Counted from the stretch's first letter, positions 43,094-53,206 are shown. The stretch: DNA of 64,000 nucleotides from Desulfatiglandales bacterium (GCA_963667015.2 CAXXJJ010000001.1:192001-256000), one strand, 5' to 3'. A program made the numbers and translations. The notes: generated by a model not told the origin, from the sequence alone.

Positions 43094-43252
43094 ATGGATA
43101 AATATGAATGCACGGTATGCGGGTATGTTTATGATCCTGAAGACGGAGACCCTGATAATGGAATAGATCCCGGAACATCTTTTGCTGATCTTCCTGATGA
43201 CTGGACATGCCCGGTATGTGGCGCATCCAAGGATCAATTCGAAAAAGCTTAA
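43094..43252 (+). CDS. Rubredoxin (52 aa, absent from the ORF track)
   Basis: Manual translation [60 protein letters not shown]. Confidence 0.95.
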   Translation: MDKYECTVCGYVYDPEDGDPDNGIDPGTSFADLPDDWTCPVCGASKDQFEKA

Positions 43253-43336
43253 AAATTTTCGTTTTTTTTACTTCATTTCACGCCCTTTTTTTAAAGGGCT
43301 GTGAAATGATATTTTTTTACCTGAAAAGGAACTGCA

Positions 43337-44524
43337 ATGAAACCGATAGAGATAGCAAAAGATATTTACTGGATTGGCGCCAAAGACTGGAATATCAGGG
43401 ATTTTCACGGCTATTCCACCTACGATGGAACAACTTACAATGCCTACCTGATAATAGATGAAAAGGTCACCCTGATCGACACGGTAAAAAAGGAGTTTGC
43501 TTCGGAACTCCTGAACAAGGTTAGCCAGATAATAGATCCTAAAAAGATAGACTATGTTATCAGCAATCATACAGAGATGGATCATTCAGGCGGCCTTCCC
43601 GAGATCATGAACGCAGTGGGTGAGGACAAGACTCTCTATTGTTCAAAGGTCGGCCATAAAAACCTTTCATTGCATTATCCCGACAAATGGAATTACCAGC
43701 CGGTGGAAAACAACGGTCAGCTAAAACTTGGCAAACGCACCCTTTCCTTTATGGAAACACGCATGATCCACTGGCCTGACAGCATGTTTACCTATGCGGT
43801 GGAAGATCAGATACTTTTTTCCAGTGACGGATTCGGTCAGCATTACGCCGGCGTAAATATGTTTGATGATCTTGTCAGTGATGAAGAGATCATGCCCCAT
43901 GCAAAGAAATATTTTGCAAATATTCTTCTGCTCTATGCACCCCTGATCCTGAAACTTCTGAAACAGGTAACGCAGTCCGGCCTCCAGATTAAAATGATCT
44001 GCCCTGATCACGGCATTATCTGGAGAAAGGACCCTGCTAAAATAATAAATAAATATGCAGAATGGTCCAGCCAGGAGCCAAAAAGAAAGGCGGTCGTTGT
44101 ATATGACAGCATGTGGCACTCAACCGAAAAAATGGCACTTACAATTGTTGAAAGCCTTGGTGAAGAAGGTGTTGATGTCAAACCCATGCACCTGAGAAAA
44201 TGGCATCGCAGTGACATAATGACCGAGGTCCTGGATGCGGGCGCGGTAATTGTAGGGTCTCCAACCCTGAACAACAACATCTTCCCTACAATAGGAGATT
44301 TTTTGACCTATTTTAAGGGGCTTAAGCCTCAGAACAAACTTGCTGCCGCCTTTGGTTCCTATGGATGGAGCGGAGAATCTGTAAAATTCATAAACAATAC
44401 CTTTGAGGAAATGAAGCTTGAGATTATTGACCCGGGTGTCAGAGTACAGTATGTGCCTGATGAAGAATCGCTCAACGCCTGCAGGGCCCTGGGTAAAAAG
44501 ATTGCGGAGAAACTGCCGCAATAA
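43337..44524 (+). CDS. fprA: Flavodiiron protein (FprA/ROO)
   Basis: GTTYNAYLI, HTEMDHSG, HWPDSM, SSDGFG, PDHG, flavodoxin domain. Confidence 0.95.
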   Translation: MKPIEIAKDIYWIGAKDWNIRDFHGYSTYDGTTYNAYLIIDEKVTLIDTVKKEFASELLNKVSQIIDPKKIDYVISNHTEMDHSGGLPEIMNAVGEDKTLYCSKVGHKNLSLHYPDKWNYQPVENNGQLKLGKRTLSFMETRMIHWPDSMFTYAVEDQILFSSDGFGQHYAGVNMFDDLVSDEEIMPHAKKYFANILLLYAPLILKLLKQVTQSGLQIKMICPDHGIIWRKDPAKIINKYAEWSSQEPKRKAVVVYDSMWHSTEKMALTIVESLGEEGVDVKPMHLRKWHRSDIMTEVLDAGAVIVGSPTLNNNIFPTIGDFLTYFKGLKPQNKLAAAFGSYGWSGESVKFINNTFEEMKLEIIDPGVRVQYVPDEESLNACRALGKKIAEKLPQ

Positions 44525-44618
44525 GAGGCATTGAAGCTGCCGAATTATTAAGTATGCTTTTCATGCTTTTGCTCAAATAATTGAGATTAAAAGCAGGAGC
44601 AAGAGTAAGAAAAAATTA

Positions 44619-44984
44619 ATGCCTGAAACGGCCAAAAAACAAAAATGTCCGGACTGTGATTACTGCCAGATGTGCAGTGAAAGCCGGTGCAGGTTATGCA
44701 GAAACGATAATACCTGCTGCAGAAAATCGGAACTGGGTTCAGCCTTTACCTATGGCCAGTACCAGGAATGGCAGGAAAAAAGATCAATGAAAAAGATACC
44801 GGTTATTGATATTTCGAGATGTACGGATTGCGAGTCCTGTCTTGAGATATGCCCTGATGTATTCCAGAGAAATATGGAAACAGGGCTTATTGAGGTGGCG
44901 GACCTGCCCGATTATCCTGAAGAAGCAGTAGATCAGGCAATCAATATCTGCCCTGTTGACTGCATTTCCTGGGAGGAAATCTGA
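44619..44984 (+). CDS. Ferredoxin with Cys-rich N-terminal extension (alternative start 44787)
   Basis: CTDCESCLEICP...CPVDCI; N-terminal CPDCDYCQMC..CRLC..CC. Confidence 0.8.
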   Translation: MPETAKKQKCPDCDYCQMCSESRCRLCRNDNTCCRKSELGSAFTYGQYQEWQEKRSMKKIPVIDISRCTDCESCLEICPDVFQRNMETGLIEVADLPDYPEEAVDQAINICPVDCISWEEI

Positions 44985-45703
44985 TCACAGGAAAACCTTC
45001 AGGTAACAGTAAAGGCTCCATAAGGGCGATTAAAAAGCAGCTTCTCGTATTTCTCGAATCATCCGGTAACTGTCATGATCTGCAGGAATCAACCGGAGAG
45101 TCTTTATTACGAATAATAAACACCCTCTTTTCTTTTCTGTATCATAAAAATCCTGTTATAAAATGGAATGCGGTCACTGCCATGGGTTCGGCTGTTTCCA
45201 CCCTGGCAGAAAACGATATGGAGGCAGCAAGAAACATTATCCGAAGGCTCATGTGGAACCTTAATGATGAATCCGGAGGCATAGGCTGGGGCAGTGCAGA
45301 GGCAATGGGGGATATACTGGCAAAAAACAGAGATCTTGCCATGGAATACTGGCCGGTACTTCTCTCCTATGCGAGAAAAGACGGGAATTTTCAGGAGCAT
45401 GAACTGATGCAGAGGGGTGTCCTCTGGGCCATTGGCAGATTATGTATGGAATGCCCGGATATTCCGGAAGCCGATACATCCAGACATATTATGCCTTTTC
45501 TTGCATCGAATGATGCCCATGTTCGTGGTCATGCAGCATGGGTCATGGGAAACCTCAGGGCAGAGGAATCAGTACCCTGGCTTGAAAAACTAAAAGCGGA
45601 TGAAAATATTCTTCAGATATATTATAAAGAGAAGCATATTGATAAACGGGTAAAGGACCTTGCACAGGAGGCATTGACCCTGATAGGACAGGACCTTAAA
45701 TAA
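44981..45703 (+). CDS. DVU0298-like HEAT-repeat protein, probable CTG start
   Basis: RRLMWNLNDESGGIGWGSAEAMG; frame open back to CTG 44981, which overlaps the previous TGA and follows GGAGG. Confidence 0.75.
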   Translation: MITGKPSGNSKGSIRAIKKQLLVFLESSGNCHDLQESTGESLLRIINTLFSFLYHKNPVIKWNAVTAMGSAVSTLAENDMEAARNIIRRLMWNLNDESGGIGWGSAEAMGDILAKNRDLAMEYWPVLLSYARKDGNFQEHELMQRGVLWAIGRLCMECPDIPEADTSRHIMPFLASNDAHVRGHAAWVMGNLRAEESVPWLEKLKADENILQIYYKEKHIDKRVKDLAQEALTLIGQDLK

Positions 45704-45715
45704 CAGGAGTATATA

Positions 45716-47215
45716 ATGAAAAAGAAACTTATTTCGTTTTTAGGTATATCCACCCTGATAATTCTAATATACAGCAATCCCGCATTTTCTCAGGAGCCGG
45801 TGATCAGCGATGACACGCAGACATGTATTGACTGCCATTCCACGCTTCATCCCGGAATAGTTGAGGAGTGGAAGAGAAGTGCTCACAGTAAAATCTCTCC
45901 CTCAGAGGCGTCAAAAAAAGAGGGGCTCCAGCGGCTTGTATCTGCCGAGAAAATACCCGAATATCTTCTGAATAATACCGTGGGATGTGCAGAGTGTCAC
46001 TTAATGAACCCCGATACCCATAAGGATACCTTTGACCATGCCGACTACAGTGTCCACACGGTTGTAACCCCGAAGGACTGTGCTGTCTGCCACAGTGTTG
46101 AAGAAAAAGAATATGATAAAAATATAATGTCCCATGCCTACGGCAACCTGATGAACAATCCCGTGTTTACAGACCTTGTCAATTCCATAAACGGAATGCA
46201 GGATTTCGAAAATATGACATCAACACTGAAACCGGCGGATGATAAAACCAATGCCGATTCCTGTCTTTCATGTCATGGAACGGATCTTAAGGTAAAGGGA
46301 ACGGAAACAAGAGAAACGGACCTCGGAGAGATGGATTTCCCTGTTATCGAAGGATGGCCCAACCAGGGTGTAGGCAGAATCAACCCTGACTGGTCAAAGG
46401 GTTCATGCACCTCGTGCCATAGCAGGCACCAGTTCAGCATGGAAATGGCAAGAAAACCGGATACATGCTCCCAGTGCCACAAGGGGCCTGATGTCCCGGC
46501 CTATCCGGTGTATAAGGTAAGCAAGCATGGAAATATCTATGCATCAAACTCAAAGGAATGGGATTTCAAATCCGTGCCATGGACCGTTGGAAAGGATTTT
46601 ACAGCCCCGACCTGTGCCTCATGCCATGCAAGTCTCCTGGTAAATACCGAAGGCGACGTAATAGCTGAAAGGACGCACCGGATGAATGACAGGCTGTACA
46701 AAAGAATATTCGGGGTAATATATGCGCATCCTCATCCCGTATCTCCTGACACGACGATTATAAAAAACAAATCTGATCTTCCCCTTCCCACGGAACTGAC
46801 CGGAGAACCAGTGGACGGATTCCTTATTAACAAGGCAGAGCAGAAAAAAAGAAAGGCCATCATGCAGAATGTATGCCTGTCATGTCATTCAAAGGGATGG
46901 GTGGACGGTCATTTCGACCGGTTTGAAAATTCTGTGGAACAGTCTAACCACATGACACTTTCCGCCACAAAGATTCTCTTGACTGCCTGGGCAGAAGGAG
47001 CGGCAAAGGGTCTTGACCAAAAGGACAGCATCTTTAATGAGGGAATTGAAAAAAAATGGATAGAGCAGTGGCTCTTTTATGCAAACTCGGTGAGGTTTGC
47101 ATCAGCCATGGCAGGATCGGATTATGGTGCATTTGCCAATGGAAGATACTTTTTATCCAAAAACATTCAGGATATGATAGACTGGCTGAAATTAAGAACT
47201 GAGAAAAAAGATTAA
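45716..47215 (+). CDS. Periplasmic octaheme cytochrome c, hydroxylamine oxidoreductase-like
   Basis: Signal peptide; 8 CxxCH motifs (CIDCH, CAECH, CAVCH, CLSCH, CTSCH, CSQCH, CASCH, CLSCH); WPNQGVGRINPD, SKHG. Confidence 0.88.
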   Translation: MKKKLISFLGISTLIILIYSNPAFSQEPVISDDTQTCIDCHSTLHPGIVEEWKRSAHSKISPSEASKKEGLQRLVSAEKIPEYLLNNTVGCAECHLMNPDTHKDTFDHADYSVHTVVTPKDCAVCHSVEEKEYDKNIMSHAYGNLMNNPVFTDLVNSINGMQDFENMTSTLKPADDKTNADSCLSCHGTDLKVKGTETRETDLGEMDFPVIEGWPNQGVGRINPDWSKGSCTSCHSRHQFSMEMARKPDTCSQCHKGPDVPAYPVYKVSKHGNIYASNSKEWDFKSVPWTVGKDFTAPTCASCHASLLVNTEGDVIAERTHRMNDRLYKRIFGVIYAHPHPVSPDTTIIKNKSDLPLPTELTGEPVDGFLINKAEQKKRKAIMQNVCLSCHSKGWVDGHFDRFENSVEQSNHMTLSATKILLTAWAEGAAKGLDQKDSIFNEGIEKKWIEQWLFYANSVRFASAMAGSDYGAFANGRYFLSKNIQDMIDWLKLRTEKKD

Positions 47216-47242
47216 CATTTAGATATCTTAAGGAGATTGAAT

Positions 47243-47500
47243 ATGGCAGATAATGAAGATGTAAAAATCTATACACTAAGCACATGCAGTCACTGCAAGG
47301 CAACCAAGCAATTTCTAAATGAATGCAAAATAAAATATGACTTTACAGACGTAGATGTACTCCAGGGAGAAGAAAGAAAGGCTGTTCTGGATGATATAAG
47401 AAAGATCAATCCCAAATGTTCCTTTCCTACGATCATTATTGGAGACAAGGTGATTGTCGGGTTCAAGGAAGATGAAATCAGGGAGGCTCTTGGAATATGA
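47243..47500 (+). CDS. Glutaredoxin-like protein
   Basis: YTLSTCSHC, SFPTIII. Confidence 0.9.
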   Translation: MADNEDVKIYTLSTCSHCKATKQFLNECKIKYDFTDVDVLQGEERKAVLDDIRKINPKCSFPTIIIGDKVIVGFKEDEIREALGI

Positions 47501-47826
47501 CAAAGGAAGAACTCTATGAAATGCTGAAAAAGGCCCAGGAGCCCAAGGGTTACTTTTTCAGCAACGACAGTGAAAGGGTCATGGAACTCATTGAAGCTCT
47601 TCTCACAAACAAGGAGCGGTATGGCTATATGTGCTGCCCGTGCAGGCTTTCAGCAGGTGACAGGGAGCAGGACGCAGACATCATCTGCCCTTGCATATAC
47701 AGGGAAGAGGATGTAAAGGAGTTCGGCAGCTGCTACTGCAACCTCTATGTTACAAAGGACTGGAATGAAGGCAAGATTCCGCATGAATATGTCCCCGAAA
47801 GGAGACCGCCTGAAAAAATGTGGTAG
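47497..47826 (+). CDS. Ferredoxin:thioredoxin/glutaredoxin reductase catalytic subunit
   Basis: CPCR, ICPC, CYCNLY motifs; overlaps glutaredoxin gene. Confidence 0.9.
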   Translation: MTKEELYEMLKKAQEPKGYFFSNDSERVMELIEALLTNKERYGYMCCPCRLSAGDREQDADIICPCIYREEDVKEFGSCYCNLYVTKDWNEGKIPHEYVPERRPPEKMW

Positions 47827-47876
47827 CAGTATAGCGTTGTTCATGGGCTGACAGGAACAAGAGTGAAAGGGCCGCC

Positions 47877-49913
47877 TTGTTTAAACAAATTATATCAATA
47901 ATATGTCTGGTTTACCTCTCACTCTTTTTATGTTCCTGCGGCACCGCCCTTAAAAAGAAAGAATATAATGAAAACATTTCCCGTTTATATAAACTGGAAT
48001 CAGAAACTGCCCTGATCGGAAATGAAGAAATACAGATCAGGTACCGGAACGGGGAAAGTAATGGCTGTATTTATGCCTCATGGAACAGTTCTAAACATTC
48101 AGATAATGAATATTCTCACGGCCTGTCCGAAATAATCTTTTCAAAAAAAACATTCTTAAAACCTGGTAAAAACGCAAGGTCTATACCTGTCATTGGAAGT
48201 GACAAATGGAATAAACTGCTTGACAGGGTCAAAAATGCCCTGGCACCGGAAAAGCCGTGTCAGGGCGTTTCTATAGTAATAAACTACCATGAACTGGTGC
48301 TTTACCGAGACCCTGATAATGTTATTCAATTTAAAAAAATCTGTGACATCCCGTCCTGTGTTACAGTTATCCGATTTTTGCAGGAAGAGGTAATCGCCAC
48401 TGAAATAATAAAACTTCTTGAAAAAGAAACAACAGAGGGCACTATCGATAAGGGAACGTTTTTATATAGAACAGGCGATACCTATCATGGCGGCGTTGTA
48501 TATGTTCTGATTGATTTAAATAAAAAAGAGTCCATATTTTTAACCACACCCTATCATCCCGAATTCTCCTATGATTCCGGCATTCATCCTGTTATGTACT
48601 CGGCCCGCTGGCTATACAGATCAGGAGTATTGACAGTTATCAAAAATCCGGTTACCACCATGTACCGGCTTTACTGCAGGCTCAGGCACAGTGTATCGGT
48701 TATTCTTACCAGAGGTGACCCTGTTAATAAAACGCTGTTTTTAACAGATCCCGAATCAAAAGGAATGGATTTGGACGAATGGGAAAACCGGTTAGACAGG
48801 ATGTTTCCCCGAAATCAGTCCTTCAAGGGAAACGTAAAATTCCTCATAGACGGAAAAAGTTTTTTCCCCCGGCTCGTTCAGGGCCTGAGAGAGGCTGAAA
48901 AATCCATATGGCTCCGGACATATATCTTTGATAATGATGATTATGCCGTGAAGATAGCGGATATCCTTAAGAAAAAGTCTCAGGATATCAGGGTCCGTGT
49001 TCTTGCGGACCATATGGGTTGCATGAGCGCCGCAACATCGCTTCCTTCTTCCCCCATACCGCCCGGATTCGAATTCCCGCCGGATATATTTGACTATCTT
49101 AAAAAGGATTCAATGATAAAAGTCCGGACAACCACCAACCCCTGGTTCACTGCTGATCATACAAAGACGATTATAATAGACAGCAGCACGGCCTTTATCG
49201 GGGGCATGAATATAGGAAGGGAATATCGTTATGAGTGGCATGACATGATGATGGAGGTACAGGGTCCGGTTGTTGGCAGGTTAAAAAAGGATTTTCGCCG
49301 CGCATGGTCACATGCAGGCCCCTTCGGAGACATTGCCTATCTATTTTCCGGGGCATCTACTACAAAGACGGAACAGGCAAAGGAACAGCCTGATTTTTAT
49401 AATATAAGGCCGCTTTACACAAAGGCAGGAAGCACCCAGATATTTGATGCCCAGCTCGCTGCAATTAAAAGTGCAAAGAGATATATCTACATACAAAACC
49501 CCTATTTTACAGAAAATAAAATCCTTAACGAGCTCATCCGTGCCAGGGGCCGCGGTGTAGACGTACGCGTAATTCTTCCTTCCACAAGTGATTACGGCTT
49601 TATGGACAGCAGCAATATCGTTACCACAAATATAATGATAAAAAACGGGATAAGGGTTTATCACTATCCCAAAATATCGCACATCAAGGCAGCAATTTAC
49701 GACGGCTGGGCATGTCTGGGATCCGCCAATTTTGATGCCCTGAGCCTCCGAATCAACCTGGAAACCAACCTGGGATTCTCTGATCCTGAAGCAGTAGAAA
49801 GATTAAAAACCGAATTGTTTGAAAAGGATTTTTCCATCTCAAGGGAGATAATGGTTCCTGTAAAGGTTACTCTCCTGGATTATTTTGGCGAGATGATTTC
49901 GAATCAGTTGTAA
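47877..49913 (+). CDS. Phospholipase D / cardiolipin synthase-like lipoprotein
   Basis: Two HKD motifs (HTKTIIID...GGMN; HIKAAIYD...GSAN); N-terminal lipobox-like CSC. Confidence 0.85.
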   Translation: MFKQIISIICLVYLSLFLCSCGTALKKKEYNENISRLYKLESETALIGNEEIQIRYRNGESNGCIYASWNSSKHSDNEYSHGLSEIIFSKKTFLKPGKNARSIPVIGSDKWNKLLDRVKNALAPEKPCQGVSIVINYHELVLYRDPDNVIQFKKICDIPSCVTVIRFLQEEVIATEIIKLLEKETTEGTIDKGTFLYRTGDTYHGGVVYVLIDLNKKESIFLTTPYHPEFSYDSGIHPVMYSARWLYRSGVLTVIKNPVTTMYRLYCRLRHSVSVILTRGDPVNKTLFLTDPESKGMDLDEWENRLDRMFPRNQSFKGNVKFLIDGKSFFPRLVQGLREAEKSIWLRTYIFDNDDYAVKIADILKKKSQDIRVRVLADHMGCMSAATSLPSSPIPPGFEFPPDIFDYLKKDSMIKVRTTTNPWFTADHTKTIIIDSSTAFIGGMNIGREYRYEWHDMMMEVQGPVVGRLKKDFRRAWSHAGPFGDIAYLFSGASTTKTEQAKEQPDFYNIRPLYTKAGSTQIFDAQLAAIKSAKRYIYIQNPYFTENKILNELIRARGRGVDVRVILPSTSDYGFMDSSNIVTTNIMIKNGIRVYHYPKISHIKAAIYDGWACLGSANFDALSLRINLETNLGFSDPEAVERLKTELFEKDFSISREIMVPVKVTLLDYFGEMISNQL

Positions 49914-50060
49914 AAAAAGGTTCGATTCCTAAGACAATATTATTACAAGTGCGTCTGGAAATTTATTAAACATTGATTATCTTATAAAGATATTTATCAG
50001 ATTGTACTAACCACTTTTAAATACAAGATTTACAAACCTAAAAAATAAGGAGGAACAATT

Positions 50061-50507
50061 ATGAAAAGATTATCCCTTCAACTTTCTGTATTACTGGCGA
50101 TTTTATTTCTTTATTCAGGCATTATATATGCCCACTGTGAAATACCCTGCGGTATCTATGATGATGAGATGCGTGTAAAGATGATAAGCGAGCATATCCA
50201 GACAATTGAAAAATCAATGAATGAGATAGACAAGCTTGAAAATGCCGGCCTTTCTCATCACTCCAATCAGCTTGTAAGGTGGATCATGAACAAGGAGGAT
50301 CACGCCAATCAGCTGCAGGAGATCGTAACACAGTATTTCATGACCCAGAGAATAAAGTTTGACACAAAAAATTATGATAAAAAATTAAACCTCCTGCATC
50401 ATATGCTGGTCTATGCCATGAAGTGCAAACAGACAACCGACCTGGAAAATGTTGAGGCACTTAAAAAACTGGTAAAAGAGTTCAGTGACAGCTATTTCCA
50501 GAAATAG
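50061..50507 (+). CDS. sodN: Nickel superoxide dismutase precursor
   Basis: Ni-hook HCEIPCGIYD directly after a 24-aa Sec-type signal peptide. Confidence 0.92.
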   Translation: MKRLSLQLSVLLAILFLYSGIIYAHCEIPCGIYDDEMRVKMISEHIQTIEKSMNEIDKLENAGLSHHSNQLVRWIMNKEDHANQLQEIVTQYFMTQRIKFDTKNYDKKLNLLHHMLVYAMKCKQTTDLENVEALKKLVKEFSDSYFQK

Positions 50508-50541
50508 GAACAAAAATTAAAACATAAATATCTGTCTTACT

Positions 50542-50566
50542 GTAGGGGCACGGCGCACCGTGCCCT
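50542..50566 (+). repeat. GTAG-type REP
   Basis: GTAGGGGCACGGCGCACCGTGCCCT, same family as 16301-16372. Confidence 0.75.
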
Positions 50567-50593
50567 TTCGTTTTTCCCCAATTTATATATTAC

Positions 50594-51823
50594 CTACTCA
50601 AACACGGAATCAAAAAAGAGCTCCATCTGCCTGCAGTAATATACTCCATACTTTTTAAATGTGGCCTTTGTAACTTCATCAGGTTTCCAGTCAAAAAATG
50701 CATGGCTCGCACCGCCAACCTGCACGTATTCCGCCCTCTGTCCAGCCTTAACAAGGGCATCTGTGTAGGCCTTTACAGCTTCGTCCTTAATAAGGAAATC
50801 ACCGGTGCCACGTGTAAGGTAATGGGGAACTGCCCTTTCCTTTACATCAGGAATATTATTTATCGGAGATATTGCCTCTTTCCATGTTTCATCTGCGGCC
50901 GGGTCATCAGAATAATGGTTTAATGAATCACTGCTGAATACGCCATAGCTTGGCGCCGCGGCCTTTATTGCACTCATCATTTCTGTCCTGACCTGTTCAA
51001 CACTTTTGTTTTTGGGAATATAGGAAGGCATGAATTCAAAAACGCCCGGAGTCTTGCCGAATCCGCCTTTGCCGATCTTATCGGCCATAACTGCTGCAGC
51101 GGCTGACAGATGACCGCCCGCACTGTCGCCTGTCACAGCGATCCTGGTCGGGTCGCCACTGTACTCAGCAGCATGTTCCATGATATGGGCGATTGCGCCA
51201 TAAACATCACCTATAATATCTGCCATCGTGTTATTTACTGCATCACCATCTCTTTTTTCCGCCCAGCGGTAATCGATGCTGCATACAACATACTTTTTAT
51301 CTCTTGTCAGTTCCCTGGCCATACCGCGCATAATGTCTTCGGTGTTTGAGGCCCACCCTCCCCCGTGGATGATAACAATAATGGGAAGATTTTTGGCGCC
51401 TTTAGGTGTAAACACATCATACTTCAAAGTCTTTACACCGGGCCTTGCATACACAACATCCTGAATAACATCAACATGATCGACTGCACTTTTTTCAATG
51501 AAGGATGCCCCGATATGCTTTTCCTGATCCACTGTTACCCTGAATGTCGTGGTCATTGATTCATGATACATCTGCCCCCACATCCCCTTTACAGAGTAAT
51601 ACCCCGAATCAAGCACATAACCTTTATCGGGAGTGGTTTTTACCGTGATAACAGTCCCTGCAGTATATTTGCCGTCAGCAGGAGGCGCAGGATCAAGGCT
51701 TATTTTTCCGTTTAAAATCTTGTCTACTGTCACAGTAAATTTATCTTCCTGCGCACTCAGGTTGCCAAAGGATAAAACCAGTAACCCGGCTAAAACAATG
51801 AATCCTGTTAATGTCTTGTTCAT
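50594..51823 (-). CDS. Secreted alpha/beta hydrolase with N-terminal beta-repeat domain
   Basis: Signal peptide; IHGGGW, GDSAGGH. Confidence 0.88.
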   Translation of the reverse strand: MNKTLTGFIVLAGLLVLSFGNLSAQEDKFTVTVDKILNGKISLDPAPPADGKYTAGTVITVKTTPDKGYVLDSGYYSVKGMWGQMYHESMTTTFRVTVDQEKHIGASFIEKSAVDHVDVIQDVVYARPGVKTLKYDVFTPKGAKNLPIIVIIHGGGWASNTEDIMRGMARELTRDKKYVVCSIDYRWAEKRDGDAVNNTMADIIGDVYGAIAHIMEHAAEYSGDPTRIAVTGDSAGGHLSAAAAVMADKIGKGGFGKTPGVFEFMPSYIPKNKSVEQVRTEMMSAIKAAAPSYGVFSSDSLNHYSDDPAADETWKEAISPINNIPDVKERAVPHYLTRGTGDFLIKDEAVKAYTDALVKAGQRAEYVQVGGASHAFFDWKPDEVTKATFKKYGVYYCRQMELFFDSVFE

Positions 51824-51915
51824 GGGAGATCCTCCTCAAACTTATAATTTAGGGCATGAATTAATTAATTATCTTTTGCGTAGATACCAGTAAAGAGGTT
51901 AATAATCAACCGATA

Positions 51916-52898
51916 TCAAATAAAGATCTTTCCCCGCCTTTTTTCGAGCAGCATCATATAATCTCTTTTCATTTCATCCGGTAAAAAGCTGATGTTGATA
52001 AGTCTATCCCATACAGGTGCGGTTTCTTTAAGGTTATTTAAAATGGTTGAGATAATTTTTTCATTCAGTCCCAGCCGGTCTCTTCCGAAATAATCAATCA
52101 AAATCTCCGAATCCAGCTTGTTTTTCTTTCCTTTAATCGGCAGGGCTATCTCCTCTTTGGGGTCAGACAGTACTATTGAGGTATTCAGTAAATCATAGGC
52201 CGGTGTCAGCTCAGTTTTACCCTCCCTGGTCATGAGAGAAAAATTTTTCACATGCATATCTTCATTGCCGATTAAAAAATTTACCAGGGTCAGCCTGAAA
52301 AGTTTTATTTTTTCTATTGCCGGAAAGGTACAATATTCATCTATTACCCTTGCGATTTTTTCCATAGAAGAGTCGTATTTTGTGTCCCGGCTCAGCCCCA
52401 TAAGCTGAGAGAAGTCCTCTACTGCAATTTTCTTTTTACCTGACCTGTCAAAACGCCTGATAAAATATGTCATGGAGCCGTCTTTTGAATAAACCATGCC
52501 GTGAAGCGGTACGGGAACTCCGGCTCAGGCTAGTAGAGGACTTCTCTCAGAGGCATGCCGTGAAGCGGTACGGGAACTCCGGCAGCTCCGGCAAGCCGCA
52601 TAGACAGGTCTTCATTTTCAGGGAGGCTCCTGTATTGCGGATTTTGTGGTTTCAGAATATACCGGCCTCCGGTATCCACAAATTCAAAACCGTTTTTGCG
52701 GGTATTCAAAACAGCGCTGAGTTTGGGCTGAACGCCCTGAATTGACATTTTGGGAGCGCGGGCTGCCGCTTCTATAACCTGATCCAATGCGGTATAGGGC
52801 AGGTCATGCAGTTCTCTCAGGCTCCGCGACAGCATCTGCAGGCCTCCGGGTGAATATTTCCCTTCGCACACCTCATAGGTAATGGGGCAGATGCTCAT
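51916..52898 (-). pseudogene. HipA/HipT-type kinase toxin disrupted by a 59-bp insertion
   Basis: SIQGVQPKL and YILKP in the 5' part; RRFDR, GNEDMHVKNFS, PAYDL in the 3' part; deleting 59 bp gives a 307-aa frame. Confidence 0.85.
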
Positions 52899-53206
52899 AC
52901 CCTCTCCTTAACTGTCAATGCGCCAACCAGATCATTTCCTACTGCCAGCAGCTGGCTGAAATTGTCCTGCCGGTCTATTTTCAGGGCTCTCAGGAGAGCC
53001 TCCAGGTTATATCCTTCGGGCAGAAGTCCTTCCAGAAAAGGCGGCAGGGTATCATATTCGTATGGTTCAGGCCGTACAGGCGCGGTCAGAGAAACCGGGG
53101 GGCCGTTATATTCAGGGGCATAGGTAAACCTGAAGGCCTTGTGTGGTGAGATTTCCTCCAGAATCCCGGCATGTATGTCATGCATAAAAACATCAGCTTT
53201 TCGCAT
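52895..53206 (-). CDS. HipA N-terminal-domain protein (HipS-like)
   Basis: AGIL..F.FTY...PVSLT..P...LPPFLEGLLPEG..D.VGA. Confidence 0.88.
   Translation of the reverse strand: MRKADVFMHDIHAGILEEISPHKAFRFTYAPEYNGPPVSLTAPVRPEPYEYDTLPPFLEGLLPEGYNLEALLRALKIDRQDNFSQLLAVGNDLVGALTVKERV

Noticed and set aside
305..51893. Numerous short antisense or overlapping ORFs in the track
   Set aside because: They are shadows of well-supported genes, with no recognisable motifs.
52495..52583. Repeat-spacer-repeat (30-29-30 bp) resembling a mini CRISPR array
   Set aside because: The repeat is hipT coding sequence, there are only two copies, the spacer derives from adjacent DNA, and no cas genes are in the window.
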